A DNA stretch of 60,532 bases, taken from the NCBI GenBank assembly GCA_025356235.1, contig JANXUL010000084.1:1-60532 (forward strand), read 5' to 3'. Source of the DNA: Bacteroidota bacterium (GTDB taxonomy: Bacteria > Bacteroidota > Bacteroidia > Chitinophagales > Chitinophagaceae). This document shows positions 10,824-19,239 of the stretch, one piece after another. The notes beneath the pieces were generated by a model. The model was not told where the DNA came from. It made no database searches and saw only the letters and a program-made list of their open reading frames with translations. Each line of letters opens with the position of its first letter. Position 1 is the first letter of the stretch. The position numbers and the translations under genes are program-made.

Positions 10824-10856
10824 AAAAAAAGCAGTCATGGGTATGACTGCTTTTTT
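10824..10856. terminator. Intrinsic terminator (symmetric A/U tails)
   Basis: aaaaaaagcagtcat-gggt-atgactgctttttt. Confidence 0.85.
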
Positions 10857-10875
10857 AAAAAATAAACCGCGTTTA

Positions 10876-11868
10876 TTAACTGAATAATCCGCCTTTCTTT
10901 AATGTTTTTACACCTTGTCCTATTTTAAAGCCATTGTTATAGATCTCGATTTTATAATCGCCTTCCAGGTATTTTTCGGGTTGCCTCCAATCGAAATTTA
11001 CAGGTACTTGTTTGCCTTGTTCATAGTTTACACTTACTTTACTGGTAAAGGCCTTGTCACCTTCTTCACGTGCAGTAAATGAACCGCCTTCTGTGATCAC
11101 TTTACCATCGGGCCGGGTTACAATCACATAAATATCTTTCGTGCCTGAAGGCGTAATCCTGTTCTCATCCAGGTTAAATGATATTCGCATCAGGTTGGCC
11201 CTTTTGGCCGTTGTGGTTTCTTTTTCTTTTCCGCCATTGCTTACTTTAATGGCAGCAATACCAATTGAGGAAGCATGTAGGGTAGAAGCCACATCCACTT
11301 TTTCTTCCAGTTGTTTCTTTTCGGTTTTTGTAGAACTAAGGTTCTGCTCAAGATTTTGTTTATCAGAGGTCAGTTGTGTTTTTTCAGTACTCAACTGCTG
11401 GTTGCTGGAAGTTAATTGCTGGTTTTCGCCTTTTAATTTGTCTATTTCGGCAAATAAGCCATCCACTTTTCCATTAAGTTCACCAATCATCTGTTTGGCA
11501 TGTGCTAATTCGCTATCTGTGGCATTTTTCTTTTTGAGTATACCACCAATATTACTTTTCAGCTTCTGGATAGCGGAATTTTTATCAGCCAGGTTACCCT
11601 TTAACTGAATATTGTTCTCCGTTAATGAATCTGCCTTAGCCGAAACGGTCATGAACTCCTGTTGAATGGCATTACGTGCACTATCAACATTAACAATTTT
11701 GGTCTGAAGCTGTGCTACAGTTTCCCTAGACTGGCTCTTATCGTAAATGATGTAGCCCCAGGTACCAATAAGCGCGGCGATGAGAATACCGTATATTAGT
11801 TTACGGTTGTCTTTTTGTTGAGGATAAGGGTTGTTTGTCCCTGTTCTCGAAGTTTCATTATAACTCAT
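10876..11868 (-). CDS. Single-TM coiled-coil protein with C-terminal beta domain, unknown function
   Basis: N-terminal TM, long heptad region (ENQQLTSSNQQLSTEKTQLTSDKQNL), C-terminal GDYKIEIY. Confidence 0.8.
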   Translation of the reverse strand: MSYNETSRTGTNNPYPQQKDNRKLIYGILIAALIGTWGYIIYDKSQSRETVAQLQTKIVNVDSARNAIQQEFMTVSAKADSLTENNIQLKGNLADKNSAIQKLKSNIGGILKKKNATDSELAHAKQMIGELNGKVDGLFAEIDKLKGENQQLTSSNQQLSTEKTQLTSDKQNLEQNLSSTKTEKKQLEEKVDVASTLHASSIGIAAIKVSNGGKEKETTTAKRANLMRISFNLDENRITPSGTKDIYVIVTRPDGKVITEGGSFTAREEGDKAFTSKVSVNYEQGKQVPVNFDWRQPEKYLEGDYKIEIYNNGFKIGQGVKTLKKGGLFS

Positions 11869-11912
11869 AGTGTAGGATTTTTAGCGGTTAAAAAAATAGT
11901 ACAATTTATAAT

Positions 11913-12623
11913 ATGATGACAGAACTTTTATTGCTGGATATAGAAACGGTTCCACAGTTCCCGTCCTTTGCTGGTATGGATTCTGGCTGGCAGGGCCTTT
12001 TTTTGGAAAAAATTGCGAAAACCGTGCCAGAAGATATAACGGCTGAAGAAAGTTACCGAAAAAAAGCAGGTATATTAGCTGAATTTGGTAAGATCATTTG
12101 TATTTCCACCGCTTTTTTTTATGAGAATGAGGATAAGCAGCTATGTCTGAAAATGAAAAGTATCTCTGGAAATGATGAGGTAGAAATACTACGTATTTTT
12201 ACTGATTTATGTAATAAAATGTACCAGCATAACCGGGGTTTTCAGTTTGGCGGGCATAATATTAAGGAGTTTGATATCCCTTATATCTGCCGCAGGTTAT
12301 TGATCAATCACCTTCCTTTACCCGAATACCTGCAATTACACGATAAAAAACCCTGGGAGGTGAAAATGTTTGATACCCTCAACTGGTGGAAGTTTGGCGA
12401 TAATAAAAATTATATTTCCCTCCATTTGCTGGCTAATGTACTCGGTATCCCTACTTCAAAATCAGATATAGATGGCAGCATGGTGCAGGATGTATATTAT
12501 AAAGAAAACAACCTGCAACGCATAGTAGACTACTGCCAGCGGGATGTGGTGGTTACGGCCAATGTAATTCTCCGTTTTAAAAACCTGCCTTTGCTGTTGG
12601 AGGATAAAATTAGCATAGTATAA
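11913..12623 (+). CDS. Stand-alone PolB-type 3'-5' exonuclease (DEDDy)
   Basis: LLDIETV, HNIKEFDIPY, YCQRDV motifs. Confidence 0.9.
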   Translation: MMTELLLLDIETVPQFPSFAGMDSGWQGLFLEKIAKTVPEDITAEESYRKKAGILAEFGKIICISTAFFYENEDKQLCLKMKSISGNDEVEILRIFTDLCNKMYQHNRGFQFGGHNIKEFDIPYICRRLLINHLPLPEYLQLHDKKPWEVKMFDTLNWWKFGDNKNYISLHLLANVLGIPTSKSDIDGSMVQDVYYKENNLQRIVDYCQRDVVVTANVILRFKNLPLLLEDKISIV

Positions 12624-12723
12624 GCTTGCACAATGAATATCGGATAATCCTTATTCATCGGATGTTTACAACTTTCATACGCAATTTTTCGTGTTTCATG
12701 GTTCGTACTACATCTTTGCACCC

Positions 12724-13722
12724 ATGTCGGCAGAAAAAATCATCAATGAATGGAAAAAAGGTACTTATAAACCCATCTACTGGTTAGAGGGGGATGAGCC
12801 TTTCTTTATCGACCAGGTGGTTAATTATGCAGAACACCACATCCTTTCTGAAAGCGAAGCAAGTTTTAACCTCACCATTTTCTATGGAAAAGACGCAGAC
12901 TGGGCGGCAGTGGTTAATGCATGTATGCGTTATCCCATGTTTGCCGGGCGGCAGGTAGTATTGCTTAAAGAAGCGCAACAAATGCGTGATATTGAAAAGC
13001 TGGAAGGGTATGTTGACAATCCTTTGGCCTCCACTATATTCGTGGTAAGTTATAAGGAGAAGAAGGTAGATGGCCGTTCCAAACTGGCCAAACTGCTGAA
13101 ACAGAAAGCCGAGACGCTATCTACCAAAAAAATGTACGACAGCCAGCTGCCCGAATGGGCCAACCAGATGGTGCAGCAGCATGGGCTGACCATTTCACAA
13201 AAAGCCCTGTTTTTACTGGTAGATCATATTGGAAACGACCTGAGCCGCATCCAAAACGAAATAGAGAAACTGGCTGTAAACCTGGGAACTAGGAAAAACA
13301 TTACGGAAGATGATATTGAGAATTACATTGGCGTAAGCAAAGAGTTCAATGTATTTGAACTACAGGATGCTATTGCCAGAAAAGAATTGTCTAAGGCAAT
13401 CCGTATAATACAGTACTTCGAAGCCAATCCTAAAGCCGCTCCAATACAAATGATCCTGCCGGCACTATATAATTTTTTCAGTAAGGTATTTATGCTGTAT
13501 GGTGTTCAGAACCCCGACGAAAAAAGTGTTGCTTCTGCGTTGGGGGTAAACCCATATTTTGTAAAAGACTATATGGGTGCTGCGCGAAAATACGATTTCA
13601 ACGGGGTAGAAAAAATACTCATGTTACTCCATCAATATAATTTACGCAGTGTAGGTGTGCACGACGGCAACACCTCTGATGCTGGTTTGATGAAAGAAAT
13701 GGTGGTTAAAATGATGCTCTAA
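12724..13722 (+). CDS. holA: DNA polymerase III delta subunit
   Basis: YKPIYWLEGDEPFFID, IFYGKD, YPMFAGRQVVLLKEAQ, IQNEIEKL, KEFNVFEL; ATG at 12724. Confidence 0.93.
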   Translation: MSAEKIINEWKKGTYKPIYWLEGDEPFFIDQVVNYAEHHILSESEASFNLTIFYGKDADWAAVVNACMRYPMFAGRQVVLLKEAQQMRDIEKLEGYVDNPLASTIFVVSYKEKKVDGRSKLAKLLKQKAETLSTKKMYDSQLPEWANQMVQQHGLTISQKALFLLVDHIGNDLSRIQNEIEKLAVNLGTRKNITEDDIENYIGVSKEFNVFELQDAIARKELSKAIRIIQYFEANPKAAPIQMILPALYNFFSKVFMLYGVQNPDEKSVASALGVNPYFVKDYMGAARKYDFNGVEKILMLLHQYNLRSVGVHDGNTSDAGLMKEMVVKMML

Positions 13723-13949
13723 ACCATCGGTTTCAGTACCCTTAACCTGCTACACGATTATATTAGTCCATAACATGTGAAAATGCGTATTCTATCTACG
13801 CTTAATCTGTGAATGTTGTAATATATGCTATGTATTTTGTAACAATACACCCGGCATAGCATCCCAACTTTGTTTTTGAATTATTAGTGGCGGAAAGTGG
13901 TTTTTAACTATAAAACTATTTTTTGCCTACATCCTTTAATAAATATTTT

Positions 13950-14627
13950 ATGAAAAAAATTACAAGTATTACTTTTTCGTTTTTCTTTTTGTCTTTTCTT
14001 TTGTTTAGTTGTTCAAGCCTGAATAAATCACAAAAAGGCGCAGTTATTGGAACTGCCGGTGGTGCAGCAGTAGGCGGTGCTATAGGAAGTTTGTCGGGTC
14101 ATGTGGGCTTAGGTGCCATTATTGGTGCAACAGTAGGTGGTGTGGGTGGTGCTATTATCGGTCATAAAATGGATAAGCAGGCAGCTGATATTCAAAAAGA
14201 TCTCCCTAATGCAAAAGTAGAAAGAGTAGGAGAAGGTATTGTGGTTGAATTCAGTGATAAGATATTATTTAGTGTAAACAGTTCGGCTTTGTCGGCTGAA
14301 TCCAAATCAAATCTTAATAAACTGAATGCAATTCTTGTTAAGTACCCGGATACAAATATTGAAATACAAGGACATACAGATAATACAGGATCTACCGGTT
14401 ATAACCAAAGCCTGTCGGAGCGCAGGGCAGCGGCGGTTAGCGCTTATTTGAGCAGTAACGGAACCAGTTCATCCAGGCTTTCAAAGAAAGGTTACGGTGA
14501 AGAAGCTCCCAAGTATAGCAATGATACAGAAGATGGCAGGATGCAAAACCGGAATGTTCAGTTCCTCATATCCGCCAATGAGAAAATGAAAGAAGCTGCA
14601 CGTAAAGAGGCAGGTACAGGAAATTGA
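13950..14627 (+). CDS. OmpA-family lipoprotein with glycine zipper (YiaD-like)
   Basis: Lipobox LFSC, GAAVGGAIG zipper, IQGHTDNTG..NQSLSERRA..GYGE..NRNV. Confidence 0.95.
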   Translation: MKKITSITFSFFFLSFLLFSCSSLNKSQKGAVIGTAGGAAVGGAIGSLSGHVGLGAIIGATVGGVGGAIIGHKMDKQAADIQKDLPNAKVERVGEGIVVEFSDKILFSVNSSALSAESKSNLNKLNAILVKYPDTNIEIQGHTDNTGSTGYNQSLSERRAAAVSAYLSSNGTSSSRLSKKGYGEEAPKYSNDTEDGRMQNRNVQFLISANEKMKEAARKEAGTGN

Positions 14628-14862
14628 TAATAATGGTCGCTGTTAACCAATGGTCTGGCCTTATTAGATAAGTTTTGCAATAGTGTAAAACTATAAATGA
14701 GATAGAGTTTTATATCGTAAACGATAGTCAAATATCCACAAGTTACTTCAGTATAAGGTAAAGGATTAGCAAACCTACATGCAAATGTTAGGTATGCTAA
14801 TCCAACTGGCTGCATAAATTTATTCCAAGGAATAATATACCCAAAGGTCATCTTCTCCTAAT

Positions 14863-14901
14863 AAAAAATGGTTAAAGGATTTTTCTTCCTTTAACCATTT
14901 T
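14863..14901 (-). terminator. Intrinsic terminator of the peptide operon
   Basis: Perfect 15-bp stem aaaatggttaaagga / tcctttaaccatttt, 15 nt past the stop at 14917. Confidence 0.85.
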
Positions 14902-14916
14902 AGTTTGATAATATAA

Positions 14917-15123
14917 TTATCCCAAGGCTTTGTGCATTGCTGACGAGCCTGCACTTTGATGGTAGGTACCATTTGATGCGGCCCTCAGGTCATTAAACAG
15001 TCCATGTGTAACGCCACCAGCTATATAAGCAATCCAATACCAAAGTGTTTCGCCGCCATTTATGCCTGCTGCTTCTTCAAAAGATAACTCTTGCAAAGCA
15101 GAACTGAATTTTTGTAGTTTCAT
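14917..15123 (-). CDS. Double-glycine-leader bacteriocin-like precursor 2
   Basis: Leader ..LQELSFEEAAGINGG (LSxxExxxIxGG); 44-aa core with AxxxG and GVTHG (GxxxG), no Cys. Confidence 0.8.
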   Translation of the reverse strand: MKLQKFSSALQELSFEEAAGINGGETLWYWIAYIAGGVTHGLFNDLRAASNGTYHQSAGSSAMHKALG

Positions 15124-15136
15124 GTATTTAATTTTT

Positions 15137-15271
15137 TTAATGAAAAATTGATTTCAATGATCTGATCAAATTTGGTATGTTATCACATAACCAAATGGTC
15201 GCAATAATAATTGCAATAAATCCTGCAACCTCGATTGGCCGCATCTTTTGAATTTTTTCCTTTAATTTCAT
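15137..15271 (-). CDS. 44-aa single-TM peptide, candidate immunity/accessory protein
   Basis: ATG 4 nt after the stop of precursor 1; MKLKEKIQKMRPIEVAGFIAIIIATIWLCDNIPNLIRSLKSIFH: basic N-terminus, TM, amphipathic tail. Confidence 0.65.
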   Translation of the reverse strand: MKLKEKIQKMRPIEVAGFIAIIIATIWLCDNIPNLIRSLKSIFH

Positions 15272-15275
15272 TCTG

Positions 15276-15470
15276 TCAGTTTTTGTGCCTAGGTTCTCCT
15301 TTCCACCCATCGGCAAATCCCTGCCTGATATCGCCAAAATTATTAAATGCAGAAACAATCAGTCCAATAGCCAGTGCAGCAGGTAACCACCACGCACCTC
15401 CTTCAATACTTTTACTTTCAGACTCCGTCATGGGTGATAATCCCATCTTGTTTAACTCTAACTTTTTCAT
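15276..15470 (-). CDS. Class IIb-like (lactobin A/cerein 7B-type) double-glycine bacteriocin precursor 1
   Basis: Leader MKKLELNKMGLSPMTESESKSIEGG; 39-aa core AWWLPAALAIGLIVSAFNNFGDIRQGFADGW.. with GFADG (GxxxG). Confidence 0.85.
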   Translation of the reverse strand: MKKLELNKMGLSPMTESESKSIEGGAWWLPAALAIGLIVSAFNNFGDIRQGFADGWKGEPRHKN

Positions 15471-15747
15471 AAAATTTTATTTTAATCCGTCCCCCTCATT
15501 TTCGCAGAATGCATGGGTATAGGAGGAATGATAATTGCCCATTTACCATTGGCCAAATGATGCACTAAAATTCTAACTGATAAATCCATTGACCAAGGAA
15601 ATGTATCATAACAATGTTAGTAAAACAGACAATTATCTACTGGGGAAAATTACCGTTTAAATACGGGTTGGGTTAGCGTGTTAACACCCTTTTTTGCGTG
15701 TAAGAAAGCTGTTATTATTGTGCCATAATCATTCTCAATACTTACCC

Positions 15748-16008
15748 ATGTACCAACAAAGCCCTGAAAGAATTCGCATTGCCAGAAATATAAAACTCAT
15801 CAGGGAAATTCGCAATTTCGATCAACGCTATGTGGCATCTGAATTGCGGGTAGCGCGCTCAACGCTTTCTACCTGGGAAAACGGACTTACAGAAGTGAAG
15901 ATTGAAACCCTTATCAGGTTGGCACAAATACTGGGACTTGATAATTACCGGCAGATCATAGACTTTGACCCGGATCTGTTATTCAAAAAAAAATCAGAAG
16001 AGTATTGA
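15748..16008 (+). CDS. XRE/Cro-family helix-turn-helix regulator
   Basis: NIKLIREIRNFDQRYVASELRVARSTLSTWENG..IETLIRLAQIL; divergent from the peptide genes. Confidence 0.9.
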   Translation: MYQQSPERIRIARNIKLIREIRNFDQRYVASELRVARSTLSTWENGLTEVKIETLIRLAQILGLDNYRQIIDFDPDLLFKKKSEEY

Positions 16009-16030
16009 AATATACAATTGGGCGGAATTA

Positions 16031-16966
16031 TCATAAAACAGCAATAGTGGCCAGTTTATCTTTTTGCAGTTGCTGCTTCAACTCATCCAATCCAGTAAAC
16101 TTTATTTCCCCACGCAGGTAATGATGCACATGTACTTGCAATGTTTGGCCATATAAATCATCATCAAAATCAAAAATATTCACTTCTATTACTCTTTTTT
16201 TTCCATCAACAGTTGGTCGCACACCGATATTCATCATCCCTGATAAATTCACGATTGACGATTCACGATTCACGACTTTAACCGCATACACCCCATTACC
16301 CGGAACCAATTTCTCTTCGCTGGCAATATGTAGGTTAGCCGTTGGGTATCCGATGGTACGGCCCAGTTTATTACCCTCTATTACAATCCCCTCAAAAAAA
16401 TACGGGTACCCTAAAAACTGGTTGGCTGTGGCCACATCATTTTCAATTAATGAATGACGGATTTTTGTAGAACTGATCACTATTTCATTTAACAATTGCT
16501 GAGAAATCTCTTTCACTTCAAAACCCATTGAACGGCCGAATTGTTCCATTGACTGGTAATTTCCTTCGCGGCCCTTCCCAAAACGGTGGTCGTAACCAAT
16601 GATCACCGTATGTGGTTTGAAATATTTGTAGAGAAAATCCTTCACATATTGTTCAGCCGTTTGGCTGGCAAAAACATGATCGAAGGGAACAACGACCAGG
16701 TGATCGATACCCGCAGCATCCAGTAATATAATTTTTTCGTTAAGTGTGTTGAGTAATTTGATATCACCCGGTACTGAGGATACAATTTTGCGGGGATGCG
16801 GATGAAAGGTAATAATTATGGTTTCCCCACCAATTATTGCGGCTTCTTCTTTTAACTGCGCCAGTATTTGCCTGTGACCAAGGTGAACCCCATCAAACGT
16901 ACCAATGGTGATAACTGCCTTATGAAACTCCGGTAATGAGCCGGCCAATTCGCGATGTACCTTCAT
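16031..16966 (-). CDS. ribF: Bifunctional riboflavin kinase/FAD synthetase
   Basis: IGTFDGVHLGH, GYDHRFG, ISSTKIR, GRTIGYPTAN, NIGVRPTV, LRGEIKF. Confidence 0.97.
   Translation of the reverse strand: MKVHRELAGSLPEFHKAVITIGTFDGVHLGHRQILAQLKEEAAIIGGETIIITFHPHPRKIVSSVPGDIKLLNTLNEKIILLDAAGIDHLVVVPFDHVFASQTAEQYVKDFLYKYFKPHTVIIGYDHRFGKGREGNYQSMEQFGRSMGFEVKEISQQLLNEIVISSTKIRHSLIENDVATANQFLGYPYFFEGIVIEGNKLGRTIGYPTANLHIASEEKLVPGNGVYAVKVVNRESSIVNLSGMMNIGVRPTVDGKKRVIEVNIFDFDDDLYGQTLQVHVHHYLRGEIKFTGLDELKQQLQKDKLATIAVL
16247..16274. repeat. 4 x 7-mer (ATTCACG) tandem repeat inside ribF
   Basis: attcacg attgacg attcacg attcacg; encodes VNRESSIVN. Confidence 0.85.
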
Positions 16967-16974
16967 AACAGGCA

Positions 16975-17047
16975 CAAAAGTAAGGGACTAAATTGGGAAA
17001 TTGTCTATGGTCTATGGTCTATGGTCCATGACCATGACTTACATTTG
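16975..17047. promoter_or_regulatory. Divergent Bacteroidota housekeeping promoters for ribF (-) and purM (+)
   Basis: -7 elements TACTTTTG (minus, 16975-16982) and TACATTTG (plus, 17040-17047), consensus TAnnTTTG. Confidence 0.7.
17003..17030. repeat. 4 x 7-mer (GTCTATG) tandem repeat
   Basis: gtctatg gtctatg gtctatg gtccatg. Confidence 0.9.
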
Positions 17048-17094
17048 CAACAATTCTAAAATTCCCTCCCGCTGGGGCGGACCAAAATTTAAAA

Positions 17095-18270
17095 ATGTCT
17101 CTATACGCTCAACGGGGTGTCTCGGCCCAGAAAGAAGAAGTTCATGCCGCTATCCAGAAATTAGACCAGGGATTATATCCGAATGCATTTTGTAAAATAT
17201 ACGCCGATCTTTTATGTGGCGATAAAGATTGGGTAAATATTATGCATGCCGATGGCGCAGGTACTAAAAGTATACTTGCGTATCTCTATTGGAAAGAAAC
17301 CGGCGATGTAACGGTTTGGGAAGGAATTGCGCAGGATGCCGTGGCGATGAATTTAGACGACCTGCTTTGTGTGGGTGTAACCGATAACTTCTTATTCTCT
17401 TCTACCATTGACCGGAATAAGTTATTGATAACAGGTGATGTATTACAAGCTGTAATTAACGGCACACAGGTATTTTTTGATCAGTTAAAAAGCTTCGGCG
17501 TAAATATCCACTACCTCGGAGGTGAAACAGCCGATGTGGGTGATGTGGTTCGTACCATTGCGGTTAATGGTACCATGACCGCCCGCTGGCCCAAATCGAA
17601 ACTGGTTACGAATGATAAAATCGCCCCGGGAAATGTAATCGTAGGCTTTGGTAGCGCAGGCAAAGCATCTTATGAAACCGACTATAATAGTGGCTTAGGC
17701 AGTAATGGATTAACCAGCGCAAGGCATGATGTATTAAGCAAATACTACGCAGAAAAATACCCTGAAACATTTGAACCGGTATTGCCTGCTGAGGTAGTAT
17801 ACATCGGGAAAAATAAATTGACAGATGATTTATTAATTGCCGGAAAAAAAATATCTGTAGGAAAATTATTGTTATCTCCCACAAGAACATACGCCCCTTT
17901 GCTGAAAGTTTTATTGGATGAATATTTTGCTGATATCAATGGCCTGATACATTGCAGTGGTGGTGGCCAGACTAAGTGTATGAAATATTTGCCTCGGCCA
18001 CTTTCTGTTATCAAAGACAACCTGTTTGATATACCGCCCATATTTCAACTAATCCAGCGAAATTCAGGTGCGGATTTCAGGGAAATGTACCAGGTATTCA
18101 ATATGGGCCACCGGCTCGAAGTATTTACGAATGAAACTGCAGCTGTAAAAATGATAGCTGCAGCGAATACATTTAACATTGAGGCAAAGATCATCGGGAG
18201 GGTAGAAGCCGCATTGCAATCTTCCTTATTGCTGAAAGGGAGTTTTGGTGAGTTGGTATATGAATACTAA
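17095..18270 (+). CDS. purM: Phosphoribosylformylglycinamidine cyclo-ligase (AIR synthase, Bacteroidota type)
   Basis: YAQRGVS, HADGAGTKS, AMNLDDL, GGETADVG, GLGSNG, IHCSGGG, EMYQVFNMG. Confidence 0.92.
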   Translation: MSLYAQRGVSAQKEEVHAAIQKLDQGLYPNAFCKIYADLLCGDKDWVNIMHADGAGTKSILAYLYWKETGDVTVWEGIAQDAVAMNLDDLLCVGVTDNFLFSSTIDRNKLLITGDVLQAVINGTQVFFDQLKSFGVNIHYLGGETADVGDVVRTIAVNGTMTARWPKSKLVTNDKIAPGNVIVGFGSAGKASYETDYNSGLGSNGLTSARHDVLSKYYAEKYPETFEPVLPAEVVYIGKNKLTDDLLIAGKKISVGKLLLSPTRTYAPLLKVLLDEYFADINGLIHCSGGGQTKCMKYLPRPLSVIKDNLFDIPPIFQLIQRNSGADFREMYQVFNMGHRLEVFTNETAAVKMIAAANTFNIEAKIIGRVEAALQSSLLLKGSFGELVYEY

Positions 18271-18402
18271 AATCGGGTTACTTCTGCATTCGATATTGCT
18301 TGTTCAAAATTCGATATTAAAATAACAGCTTATCAACTTACTTATAAACATCTTAACAATAGAATTCAATAAAATTCGATCAAAAAATTGTACATTAGTC
18401 CC

Positions 18403-19089
18403 ATGTCAGATATAGTCGTATCCATTCATAATGCCAACATTTTTCAAGGCGATAACCTTGTACTGCAAAATGTAAATTTTACTGTTAGCAAAGGCGAGTT
18501 CGTTTACCTTGTTGGTAAAACCGGAACAGGTAAAAGCAGCTTACTGAAAACATTGTACGGGGAATTGACCCTTACCAACGGCGAAGCTTCCGTAGTGGGT
18601 TTTGACCTGCGTATGATGGATTGGAAAAAAGTACCTTTTCTGCGACGCAACCTCGGCGTCGTATTCCAGGATTTCCAGTTGCTTACCGATAGAAATGTGC
18701 ATGAAAATCTCCGCTTTGTGTTAAAAGCCACAGGTTGGCAGGATGAACGTTTAATAGAAGAAAAGATCAACGATGTATTGGATAAAGTAGGCTTGAAAAG
18801 CAAAGGCTTCAAAATGCCATTTGAGATGAGTGGTGGCGAACAGCAACGTGTTGATATTGCGCGTGCTTTACTCAACTCCCCCAAACTGATACTCGCTGAT
18901 GAACCTACGGGCAACCTCGATCCCGAAACAAGCGATGAGATCATGCAGTTATTGATACAGATCGCTAAAGATTATGGAACAACTGTATTAATGGCCACGC
19001 ATGATTTTATAGTGATAAACCGCTATCCATCGCGTATGTTGAAAACAGAAAGTGGTAAAGTAATTGATAGTGCGGCGATTTCTGCATAA
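18403..19089 (+). CDS. ftsE: FtsE-like ABC ATPase
   Basis: GKTGTGKS, PFLRRNLGVVFQDFQLL, MSGGEQQR, LADEPTGNLD, MATHD. Confidence 0.85.
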   Translation: MSDIVVSIHNANIFQGDNLVLQNVNFTVSKGEFVYLVGKTGTGKSSLLKTLYGELTLTNGEASVVGFDLRMMDWKKVPFLRRNLGVVFQDFQLLTDRNVHENLRFVLKATGWQDERLIEEKINDVLDKVGLKSKGFKMPFEMSGGEQQRVDIARALLNSPKLILADEPTGNLDPETSDEIMQLLIQIAKDYGTTVLMATHDFIVINRYPSRMLKTESGKVIDSAAISA

Positions 19090-19239
19090 AGTGTTACAGA
19101 TACTTATGAGTGGTACTCTAAAGAAAATTGCAAGGGTTCTGTTTTATCTTATTGTTATGTAAGGGTTGATGGAGACTTACTTTATAAAGAATGTCTAAAT
19201 TTCATCCCATAAATTATTTATCATTTAAAATCAGAAAAC

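Noticed and set aside
14558-14851. 97-aa minus-strand ORF as a fourth islet gene
   Set aside because: Starts after the islet terminator, overlaps the ompA 3' end, and has no motif
14917-15470. Lanthipeptide/sactipeptide (modified RiPP) cluster
   Set aside because: Cores have no Cys and there is no LanM, radical SAM or YcaO gene in the window
15487-15550. c-di-GMP-I riboswitch in the peptide operon leader
   Set aside because: Only superficial similarity (hairpin followed by GGGACG); GCAAA/GNRA-receptor and P3 elements missing
18403-19089. ftsE without ftsX, and dnaK without dnaJ/grpE, as anomalies
   Set aside because: Dispersed arrangement is, to my knowledge, normal in Bacteroidota
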